Notes under the pieces: generated by a model | What the model was told of the DNA's origin: nothing | What the model saw: the letters and a program-made list of their open reading frames with translations, nothing else | Database searches by the model: none | Position numbers and translations under genes: made by a program | Assembly: GCA_000388065.2 (NCBI GenBank) | Contig: KB932204.1 | Length of the DNA: 19,829 nt | Source of the DNA: Fonticula alba ATCC 38817 | Taxonomy: Eukaryota > Protista > Nucleariida | Reading direction: 5' to 3' (one strand) | Part shown: piece after piece, positions 10,439 to 19,829 of the stretch | How positions within the stretch are numbered: position 1 is the stretch's first letter | Layout of the letters: every line of letters starts with the position of its first letter

Positions 10439-13400
10439 TGGCGCCCTGGGGCGCAGCCCCTCGCGGCCCACCCCCTTCAGAGCGGGCCTCTCACCCGGCC
10501 AAGGACGCCCCCTCCACCCCCCGGGCCTTTAGTCGCTTCCACACGCCACCCCCCTCAAGCGACCCCTTTCATGTGGGCAGCGACCCGGCCACGCCGCAAT
10601 CTGCCCGCCGCGCCGGGCTCCACCCCACCCCCTCGACCGCAGGCCCGGCTGAGGCGACGCCTGCCCCGGAAATTGATGCCTTCGACATGTCCCCCCAATC
10701 GGACTTCCTCGGCCCGATGGGCCGGATGCTGATGCTGGACAGCGATGAGGGCGGCCACGGGGTGGATTCCTCCCCACCTGAGGACTTCGGCCCGAGGTGG
10801 CTTGCATCTGATGGCAGCCCGGCCCGGCATGATTCTCCATCCGAGGAGGCCTTCGTGCCGGCTCCGACTGCCCCGGTGGCGGTGGCCAAGAGGCCCGCCC
10901 CCCCGGCGACCGTGCCGCCCAAGCCGGCGCCCAGCCTCTCGGGCATCCCGCCACGCGGGAAATCCGCCCCTTCGGATCTGGCCCCGGTCCGACCCCCCGG
11001 GCCAAAGCCAGCCTCCACGAAGGCCGCGGTGCCGAAGGCCGAAGCCCGCCGGTCCTCCAGCCCCGTGGCCGCCGGCAAGTCTGCCCCACCCAAGACCATG
11101 CCGGCCAAGCTCGCCACCCCGACCACTCCCAAGAGCACCCCCGCCAAGCCCGCTGCCCGTGCGATCTCAGACGCATCGTCGGCCAGCTCGCCGGCCAAGC
11201 CGGCCAAGCAGACCAAGCCGGCCAAGCCCACCAAGCCGGCCAAGCCCACCAAGGGCCCAACCTCGGCAGGCACTCCGCCCGCGCGGAAGCGCCCGGCCAA
11301 GCAGCCCGCCTGCCCTCTGGTGGAGCTGGGCATGCCGGCGTTCGAGGCCCAGCCGGAAGGCTCAGCCGACTGGCCGCCCGCCCGCGCCACTGCCTGGGGC
11401 CAAGTCCAACAGAACATGAATGGTACGCCGTATATGTGTGTGTGTGTGTGTATGTGGGTGGGTGTGTGGGTGTGTGGGTGCACTTGCGCGGCATGCGGCG
11501 CGCCGACCGCGGACTAACGCCCTGCCTCCTCCGATAGCCTACTTCACGCGTTTCACCCATCCGAGCGTCGACGCGGCGGCTGGCCGCTGGTCCACCGGCG
11601 ACACGCGGACCTTCCTCAAGGCCTTGCGAGTGCGTTGCCCGCCAGTGGGCCAGGACAAAAGGGGGGCCGGGGAGCAGGGACACAGGGACACAGGGACCCA
11701 GGGACACAGGGACACAGGGACACCGGGACCCAGGGACACAGGGACACAGGGATACCGGGACCCAGGGACAGGGGGGGGGGGCCGAGAGGACGCGCCGGCG
11801 GCTCGGGCAGGGCGAAGGCCCCGCCGACTTGATGCGATGACTGACCTCGACTCCGCGGCCCCATGGTGCCAGACCCTGGACCCGGCGCGCACCGGCAAAT
11901 GGGGCTGCTTTGCGGCCAGCATTTTCCAGCTCGGCCGCACGGGGTCCCAATGCCGGGCGCACTACATGGCCCTGAAGAAACTCGGCGGCTATGGGCTCAG
12001 CACCAAGCTCAGCAGCACGATCGACTCGTCGGAGGTGGTCGACCTGGAGGCGGTGGCCCTCGGCCAGGCGGCCGCCGGCCGGGCGGTGGACAAGGAAAGC
12101 GGCGATCGGGATTTCGCCGCCGAGCTGGACGCCGTCTTTGCCGGGGCCGGTGTCTATGAGATGCTGATGAAGGAGCAACAGGCCAAGGAGCGGCGCCGAG
12201 CTCGGCCCCGGAAGCCGGCCACCCCCAGCCGGCCGCGTGCGACCACGCCCCGTGCCGCCCCGGCCAGCGAGCCGGACGCCAGCCCGGCCCCGGCGAGCCC
12301 GCCATCAAGCTCGCCCCCCTCGAGGGCCGGGCCTCGCCCGCCGGCCAGCAGCCCGGCACCCGAGAGCGCGGTCCGCGCGCACCCGGACCCCGACACCGAC
12401 GTGCAAGCCCGGCAGCAGCCCGGGCCAGCGGACGGTCCCCTGCCGGGGTCGCCGCGGAAGCCCGGCGCCTGGCCCGGCACCCGGCCACCTCCACCAACCA
12501 AGGCTGCCACACCGGCGGCCCCTCGGCGGCCATACTCGTGCGTGTCGATGCTCGCCCTCGCCCCCCCCCCCTCCCTCCTCCCCTCCTATCGGGCGGCCGG
12601 GCATCTGATCTCCTGGTGGCCTGCCCCGCTGCATTGCTCTAACCTCCTGTCCGGGATGGACACCATTCGGCAGCATGATTTCGCTCTCGCCCCCGGAGGC
12701 AAGCACGCTGCCGGGGCCGAGCTCAGCCATGGCCGAAGAGCTGGCCATGCCGTGTCCTCCGCCGCTACTTTCTGCCGAGTCGCCCTCCGCCGGGGCCGAC
12801 GCGCGCCTTGTGCTGACGCCACGGCGCCGGGTCCCGGAGAGCCCGGGCCGGTCGCGCGACCCGTCGCCCAGCCCGGCGCCATCGCCGGCCCGGGGCCCGA
12901 CCGGGCCGCTGCCGGGCGCCAGCCAGGCCGCCATCGTGCCGCCCGGGTCGCCCCGAAAGACCCCGCGCCTGGAGCCGGCTGGGCCGGAGCCCACCGATCT
13001 GGCGGTGCTGGCCCCGCTGGCGCTGGTGGCCGCCCCCGGCGATGAGCTGATGGCCGATCGAGAGGGCGCGCCGGGCGCCGGCCCGGATGGGGAGCCCCCC
13101 CGGCGCGCGGTCTTCCGCAAGCTGCGCTTCCTGGACGACGAATCGATGCCCCAGGTGGACCTGGCCCCGGTCTTGGCCCCCAGCATGCCGGAGGTGGAGC
13201 CGGCCACAACTCTGGCCCCGGGGGTGGGCTTTGGGCCGGTGGGGCTTCTGCCCCCGGCCCCCCGGGGGAAATGCCCGGGCGTGACGGTCCCCGCCATGGG
13301 CATGCTGGAGGATCTTTTTGGCAGCCACTGGCGCCGGGTTCTCGGGCTGTCGGCCGGGTCCGTGTGTCTGGGCGGGGCCGGCATGCCGCCCCGGCTGGAG

Positions 13401-13851
13401 CAATGCGTGGACTTGATGCACATGGCGCGACGCCTGTTCACTCAGTTCCGGCACGCGGTCCGGTCACCTGGTGACCTGGCCCAGCTTCGCGCGCGGCTCG
13501 ACACCATGGACGTGTCGCGGGTGCGTTTCTGCTGTGCTCCGGCACTTTTGGCCTTGTCTTTTGGTTGCCCTATTCCGTCCCGCCTCGCTCTGTCTTCGGG
13601 GGGCACTCACACGCATGCGCTTGGGCTGGCTGGCTGGCTGGCTGGCACAGAGCCGGATTACCATGGACCTACTTTTGCGCGACCCGGGGATACGCTTTCT
13701 GCTGGCCGGCAAGGGGGTCTGCCCGGCAGCCGGCGGCGCCTGCCCGGCCAGCCCCCCCGAGGTGCCCTGCGATCTGCATTTGGCCAACTGTCTGGTTGGT
13801 TTCCTGACCCGGCCGCTGGGGTCGCTGGTGGCCGAATTGAACACCGTTTAG
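10439..13851 (+). CDS. Myb/SANT single-repeat protein (at least 846 aa). Exons: about 10439-11422, 11538-11629, 11873-12537, 12674-13520, 13651-13851. N-terminus unresolved (internal ATG 10687, or an upstream exon ending at 9945).
   Basis: The splice 11629/11873 gives GRWSTGDTRTFLKALR-TLDPARTGKWGCFAASIFQLGRTGSQCRAHYMALKK, a Myb W..W..Y pattern with GRT..QCR. Donors GTACGC (11423), GTGCGT (11630, 12538, 13521). CTRAC branch sites precede three acceptors. Phases are consistent through to TAG at 13849-13851. Confidence 0.8.
11191..11253 (+). repeat. 7 x 9-bp coding repeat (PAK PAK QTK PAK PTK PAK PTK)
   Basis: Read directly in the Myb gene exon. Confidence 0.9.
11675..11770 (+). repeat. Intronic minisatellite, 12 x 8 bp (CAGGGACA) with a 32-bp higher-order period
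   Basis: Counted directly. Units 3, 7 and 11 end in GACC, and units 7 and 11 begin with CCGGG. Confidence 0.95.
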
Positions 13852-13894
13852 AATTGCCAACGCACAATGGCTGTGTCGCCCCCTGTGCGCACAG

Positions 13895-13900
13895 AATAAA
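13895..13900 (+). promoter_or_regulatory. Candidate poly(A) signal AATAAA of the Myb gene
   Basis: AATAAA lies 44 nt after the stop codon in GC-rich DNA. Confidence 0.4.
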
Positions 13901-14344
13901 CGCCGGGCGCGCGCGCCCGAAAGTACACACAAGCATGTTGCCGGTGTACATGCCTCCAGTCTGGGGGAGGGGGGGCATGTAATCGCATCCCGCACCCGCG
14001 TACCCGGGGCCAGGGCCGAGCATATCCGGTCCATTGGTAGCCATGCCGGCATCCTTGGCCTGGTTTCTGCGCTGGTTCCGCAGGGAGGGGGGGGGGGGGG
14101 GGGGCGAGAGAGACCCAGGAGGCAGGTATGGCGGGGCCAGGGGAGAGCACGCATACTTTCAAGGGCCACCACCCTCGACGCGGTGTCTCCCTCGGCCGAG
14201 CCCGTAAGACAGAGATCTCCTGGTGCATGCCTCCTCCGCCCTGCCCCGTGCACCGCACTGCGCTGCCCTCCCTCTCCGTCTCCTCCCTCTCTCTCCCCCT
14301 CCTCCCTGGACCTCCTCCTTGTCTCTGACTCCCTGCAAGCCTCG

Positions 14345-14643
14345 ATGACTGCCGCCCCGGCCCCGGCCCCGGCCCCGGCCCCGGCCCCGGCCCCGGCCCC
14401 GGCCCCGGCCCCGGCCCCGGCACTGATCCCCCCCCCGGCCGGTGAGGACACCGGCTGCTGCGGCCCGGATCCGGAGGCTGAGCGCCTTCTCCGGGAGATG
14501 GATGCGGATGATGCGGCGACGCCCGTGCTGGGGGGCCGGTTCATGATCGGCCCAGCCGGCGGTCGCCTAACCATTGGGATTTCCTTCTTTCTCATCCTGG
14601 CCATGTCAGCCTTGTATTGTGCGACGGTGTACGTTGCGTGTCC

Positions 14644-14674
<31 letters not shown>

Positions 14675-16251
14675 CTCTGCCCCTTTTTATCCATTCCCCT
14701 TTCCCCCCGGACAGGCGCGAGGGCATCCTTCATTTGGGCTCACATCCCTTCCTGGCCCTCTGACTCTCGCTCGCTGGGTCTTTGTGGCGAATTTGTCGAT
14801 TTCCCATAGCCTGCCGGACTTGATGGCGTATGGCCGCCTGGCCGTGGTGGAGATTGTCCTCTTCGTGCTGCATAGCCTCACTTGCATCCTGTCGCTGGCG
14901 ATTTGCTCGACCACCGACCCGGGGACCCTGCCGGCACCCATCGGCCAGGCCCGGCCACCCGCCAGGCGGGGTGACCCCCCCTCGGAACCCCAGAGCCATC
15001 TCGATCCCGAGAGCGGGGACACTGCAGGCCCCTCGCCGAAGGGCCTGCCCCCTCCTGGGGGAGCTCACTTTGCCTACTACCAGTTTGTCCTGCCACGTGT
15101 GCATGGCAAGTCCGGCGAGGTGACCCTCTCGATCCGCACCAAGTGGTGTAAGTATTGCGGACTGTACCGGCCGCCGCGGGCATCGCATTGCCACGACTGC
15201 AAGCGCTGCGTCGACCGCTTCGATCATCGTACGTATACCGCCAGCCTTGCTCCTTCCTGGCTCGGCCCTGTGACATGGTTTTGCTGACCCCCGGCGCTCG
15301 GACGTCAGACTGCCCCTGGATCAACAACTGCATTGGCCGTCGCAACCATCGGTCTTTCACCCTTTTCACAACGGCCACTTGCCTGCTGGGCGTCCATGGG
15401 ATCGTGGGCCTGGTCTTCCAGTACCTCTTCCTGACGGACGCCCTGTACCCGCCTCCGGGGATGGGGTCTGGCTCGGATGCTCGAAGTCCGACGATGTGGT
15501 TCATTTCCGCACGCCCAGGCAGGTGCGTCTGGCTTGGGGTCCCCCTCGTCGGCCCGGTGAATGCTGCCTGCCGTTTGTCTCCTTCCTCTTCTTCTTCGGC
15601 CTTGCTATCTCTAACCCGCAATGGTGATGCGCTTCCCTGCCCCCCCCCCCTCCCCCCCTTCGCGGCCGGTGTTTGGGTGCGGGTCTGTGTGTGTTTGTAT
15701 TTTCCCCGGGCCGCGACGACTGGGACAGTGTCGTCCTCATCATCGTTGGGGCCATCATCACCCTGGCTCTGGGTGGCCTGGCGCTCATGCACTGGTCGCT
15801 GCACATTCACAATCAAACCACCTTCGAGCATGTGCGTTTCGCCCTCCCTTGCTCCGTGTCGATGAGCCCCTCACTGACCCTCGGGAGCATGGCAACAATC
15901 CCCCATTCTGTGCGTCTGCGCGTGCCGCTTCTGTGTGCGTCCGTGTGGCTGCGGGCGCATCGGCGTCCGCGGATGTGTGTGTGTGTGTGTGCGCGCGCGC
16001 GCGCGAATATAGGCCCGCACCAGTGAGACCATCAACCCCTACACCAGCCGGTCCCGAACCAGCGGCAAGGTTGGCCTCCTGGGCGTGTTTGCCAACGTTT
16101 GGCAGGCGCTCTTCTCGCCGATCCGCCCCAGGTGCGAGGTTTTTGGCTGGCCCTTCCGTGCTGGACTTCCTTTGCTCACATTTGCCGACACAGCTACGTA
16201 TACCTCCGATCTCTGGGTCCCGGGCCAGGACAAGCACACCACGGGGCATAG
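14345..16251 (+). CDS. ZDHHC: DHHC protein S-palmitoyltransferase, ERF2/ZDHHC9-like, 398 aa. Exons: 14345-14628, 14810-15228, 15309-15522, 15729-15831, 16013-16131, 16194-16251.
   Basis: The spliced product has GGRFMIGP, hydrophobic TM segments, TTDPG, KWCKYCGLYRPPRASHCHDCKRCVDRFDH|HCPWINNCIGRRNHRSF, NQTTFE and NPY..G..N. All five introns are GTRCG..AG and in phase. Total 1197 nt ends in TAG. Subfamily is inferred from the N-terminal GGR.xxGP motif. An upstream exon is possible (acceptor-like site at about 14339). Confidence 0.95.
14354..14419 (+). repeat. (GCCCCG)11 coding repeat encoding (Ala-Pro)11
   Basis: Perfect hexamer array starting 9 nt after the DHHC ATG. Confidence 0.95.
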
Positions 16252-16413
16252 CTGTCCCCTCCTTGCCTCGGCCTTTCTCTTTCTCTCTCTCTCTCTCCAT
16301 CTCTTTGGAGGGGGCTACTTGCAGTTGACCGCTGGCGGTTGACCACGGTCCCCCCCGCGCCCTCCCTTCCAGGATGGGGGGGGGGGGATCGATTTGCCCT
16401 TCTTGCTTCACAA

Positions 16414-16419
16414 TTTATT
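16414..16419 (-). promoter_or_regulatory. Candidate poly(A) signal AATAAA of the hypothetical gene
   Basis: TTTATT on the plus strand, about 60 nt past the TGA at 16477-16479. Confidence 0.35.
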
Positions 16420-16476
16420 TACCTTTTTTTTCTTTCCTGACATTCGCCAGTTGCTAGAGGTGTGGACGGACAACCA

Positions 16477-18038
16477 TCACTGGCCACCGGGGGAGCTCTT
16501 AGACCGGGGCACGATATCGACGTCCATGGCGGAGGAGATCACTTCGGCTGTCGGTGTCAGGAGGGGCGGGGGGGGGGGGGGGAAGGGACATCCTTGACCT
16601 CCTCTTGCCGGGGGATTCCCGAGCGGCAGGGCGAGGAGATTTGGCCGGCCCGAAGCTTCCAGGGAAGGGAAAGGCGGAGAAGCAGTCGCGCTTTGTCAGG
16701 AGAATGGGATCAAACCAAATGAGCAGATGGAGGGGCGGGGAGGAAGGGGGAGCGGCGCACTGGTTCGCTCATCGAGAAGCTCCTTCGCCTCGAGGAGGAG
16801 CTTGAAACGGGAGCTCAGTTCGGAACTGGGCAGCGACATGAAGGCTGGGAGGGTGGGTGGGGGGGGGGGGGTCAGGGCTGGTGCCAGCAGGCGACGAATG
16901 GGTGGAGGGTGCCGAGAGAATGCGCACCGTTGAGTTCGCCGAGCTTCTCCTCGTACGTGGAATCGAGGAGGGCAGACGGCTCAATCAGGGGGATCTGGGT
17001 CGGGGAAAAGAGAGGGAGGAGTGGTGGGTGCGTTAGGGGGAGGCCGGAATGGGCAGCAAGACAAAGAGGACGGTCGGGCGGACGGGGGCAACACACGTCG
17101 GGGGCAATGAACTGAGGCTTGGCAGGGGGATTCATGACAGGTGGTGGAGGGAGGAAGAGGGGGGAGAGGAGAGGGAGGGAGAAAAAGAAGGGAGGGAAGC
17201 TGGAGTGGATGGGACTGGGACTTGGGCCAGGGCGATGATCGACCAGGAAGGCGGGGGTCCAAGAAAAAAAAAAAAAAAAAAAGGGCAGGGCCGGCGATCA
17301 GGCCCAGGAACAGGGAGGGGGGCGGGAGCGGGGGGAACTCAACAACGCATCTCAGAACTGACGGCGGCGATGGTCACGGGTGCATCCGGGAAATGTGGCA
17401 GGGCTCCCACGGCCTCAGTCTTGTGCCAAGAGAGCGCGGGTCTTTGACGGGAGACATAACGGAAATGTGCTTCTGCTTCGGTGTTGCCTGGGCCGGAGGG
17501 GGGGTTATCGCCGGCCGAAGATGATGCGGCCGCCAAGAGACAGGGTAACTCGGCCTGGGGCGAGCGAGCGGACGAGCGAAATAAAAGGCATAAATAGAAG
17601 GGGGGGGGGGCCCGAGAGGAGGTCCACGAGCAGGGGGCATCCACAGACTACACAGGTACTTCGGCGATGCCCTCGCATGCTTTTCGACACCGGCCGCCAA
17701 GGCCTTTGCTCTTGGGAGGCTCCGGGAGGGAGTCGTCACTCCTTTTCGACCTTCGGGCTTGGTCAATAGGCAGGTCTGAGAGATCTCCGCGTGTGTGTGT
17801 GTGTGTGTGTGTGCGTGTGTCCGCCCGCTGGGCTCAGGGCCGCGGCCTTGGCCTGCATTCTTCCCGGTAGGAATGCTATTAAGAGTGGCGGGCCATCACC
17901 CAAGTAGCAGGCCAGTCCGGCCTGTAACTCAATGGGCATCGGGCGCCGTTGGAGCTGGGCTCCCGTCACCAACCCCGGGCGGGCTCCCTCGTTGCGAGGA
18001 TCACCGTAGAGTCCGGCTGACATTTCGATCGCGGGCAT
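16477..18038 (-). CDS. Hypothetical protein, about 190 aa. Exons (minus): ?18005-18038, 17660-17775, 17351-17554, 16928-16994, 16761-16844, 16477-16547.
   Basis: The last three exons are well supported (GTGCGC donors at 16927 and 16760, YAG acceptors, phases match) and give IPLIEPSALLDSTYEEKLGELNAFMSLPSSELSSRFKLLLEAKELLDERTTEVISSAMDVDIVPRSKSSPGGQ*. The upstream exons use weaker donors (ATGCGT, GTACCT, GTGATC). No family recognised. Confidence 0.6.
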
Positions 18039-18568
18039 GTGATCCGATTTGGCGGCCTGAGGCTTCTTTGTGTTGGCCCTGTCCGGGGGTATTAATATCG
18101 GAAGAATATTATTCCTTCTCTCGACTCCTCCTTCCTTTGCCCGCCCCTTGTTCAGAGAGTGATGGGCCCGACTCGTGGCCACACCCACAGACAAGAAGGA
18201 GCAGCATGCCTCTCTGGAAGGGCTGCCCCGGCCAGCAGCCTCCCGCCACGGCCGCAACGCAGGCCGACCCCGGTGGGGGGGGGGGGGGACCGAACACGTC
18301 GGGTAATCCATGTTCCTGCGCTAGTGTGGTTCTCAAAAGTGAATACACAGCCACGCCCACGCGGCCGAGGGCTCTGCTTCAGGGGCGGGGGGGGCGGGTG
18401 GGGTAGAGTAGTGGTGGCGACGGTGAGGGGGGAGACACGCCTTTTACCGCGGGCCGGACGCAGCTGGAGAGGCCTGCCCCTCCCGCCCGGCGTGGGCCGA
18501 ACCTAGGCAGCCCCGGCGTCTTGGAGGGGGCGGATCAAAAGAGAACAACGCCCGCGCGAAATGGTCGC

Positions 18569-18604
<36 letters not shown>

Positions 18605-18691
18605 TGTGTGTGCGTGCATCTCCCCTGCCATGCAGAGGACCCTGGCGCGAATAACCGCCCCGCCAGTACTGTATTCCCGCCCCCCCCCCCC

Positions 18692-19141
18692 NNNNNNNNN
18701 NNNNNNNNNNNNNNNNNNNNNNNNNNNNNNNNNNNNNNNNNNNNNNNNNNNNNNNNNNNNNNNNNNNNNNNNNNNNNNNNNNNNNNNNNNNNNNNNNNNN
18801 NNNNNNNNNNNNNNNNNNNNNNNNNNNNNNNNNNNNNNNNNNNNNNNNNNNNNNNNNNNNNNNNNNNNNNNNNNNNNNNNNNNNNNNNNNNNNNNNNNNN
18901 NNNNNNNNNNNNNNNNNNNNNNNNNNNNNNNNNNNNNNNNNNNNNNNNNNNNNNNNNNNNNNNNNNNNNNNNNNNNNNNNNNNNNNNNNNNNNNNNNNNN
19001 NNNNNNNNNNNNNNNNNNNNNNNNNNNNNNNNNNNNNNNNNNNNNNNNNNNNNNNNNNNNNNNNNNNNNNNNNNNNNNNNNNNNNNNNNNNNNNNNNNNN
19101 NNNNNNNNNNNNNNNNNNNNNNNNNNNNNNNNNNNNNNNNN
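18692..19141. other. Assembly gap (450 N) flanked by C12 and G29
   Basis: N run. Confidence 1.
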
Positions 19142-19172
<31 letters not shown>

Positions 19173-19829
19173 AGAGGTTGCACTGGCGTGCGGCCCAGGC
19201 GCGCCGGCTCGGACACCGACGACGCGTGGGGCCGCGGCGAGTGTGGGACGGGGCGCGGGCTGAGCCTTTCACACGGGGACCTTGTTCTCAGGATGCGCTG
19301 AAAATGGGACTGCCAGTGAAACACGGCCGCCCGGCCCCGGCTCCGGCTCCGTGTGCGCCGCCCGCCTTGTCGGATGGCCCTTCGCGAGGGCGGCCGGCAC
19401 CCGGGCTCTGATCCGCTCGGCCGGACGAACTCCCCGCCGGGGCCCGGGACAACGGGGCGACGGGGGCCGGGGCGAGGTCCGGCTCTCCCACTGGACGTAC
19501 ACCCACCCCCAATCGGTCGCCAGCGCATGGCGCCCCCCCTCCCCCGCCCCCAATCCCCGACCGCGGCCAAACGCCCCGGCCGGCGCCGGCCCGGCCTGCA
19601 GCCACGGTTCGTGTGCTTCACCGTGCTTTGGCCAATTTCGCTCTCATCCCCATGCTTGCGTGCACTTTGTTACGGCAAATTGGGAGGGCGCGGTCTTGGT
19701 GCGCGTCTGCAAGCCAAGACCAGCCCCGGCCGGCCTGGCGGCCGTGTGTGCATGCCCTCGGCCCTGGCCGGCTGGACCGCCAACCGAGGAGGCGTAGAGA
19801 GGGAGAGCGAGAGAGAGAGAGAGAGAGAG

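Noticed and set aside
11675-11770. Tandem array as CRISPR or telomeric repeat
   Set aside because: There are no unique spacers, it lies inside a spliceosomal intron, and the unit is not a telomere-type motif at a sequence end.
18439-18447. GCCTTTTAC, the U5 snRNA loop-1 motif
   Set aside because: The flanks (GAGACAC / CGCGGGC) do not pair into the required stem, and no Sm site follows.
19632-19683. Inverted repeat CCAATTT..AAATTGG
   Set aside because: It is only 7 bp with a loop of about 38 nt, which is expected by chance. No ncRNA or MITE hallmarks.

Overview
Eukaryotic genomic DNA, very GC-rich (about 70% by eye) and intron-containing, with microsatellites, long homopolymers and two N gaps. 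It starts and ends in (GA)n, so it may be a whole small scaffold. The style suggests a GC-rich protist (impression only; Paratrimastix-like metamonad or green alga). Most ORF-track entries are GC shadow ORFs. Manual splicing, with phases checked, gives four genes. (1) Minus strand, 65 to about 9031, running off the left edge: a protein of about 1,970 aa or more with a C-terminal App1-type phosphatidate phosphatase domain (ISDLDDT). It also carries what looks like a GOLD domain split into three pieces by about 150 and 350 aa low-complexity inserts. (2) Plus strand, about 10439-13851: a single Myb/SANT-domain protein with a Lys/Pro/Ala-rich tail and an unassigned C-terminal domain. (3) Plus strand, 14345-16251: a complete 398-aa, 6-exon DHHC palmitoyltransferase, ERF2/ZDHHC9-like. 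(4) Minus strand, 16477 to about 18038: an orphan of about 190 aa whose best model needs an AT-AG intron. All 15 confidently placed donors read GTRCG. No tRNA, rRNA, CRISPR array or transposase was recognised. The most interesting items are the App1/split-GOLD architecture and the splice-site observations. All domain calls are by-eye motif recognition, not database searches.
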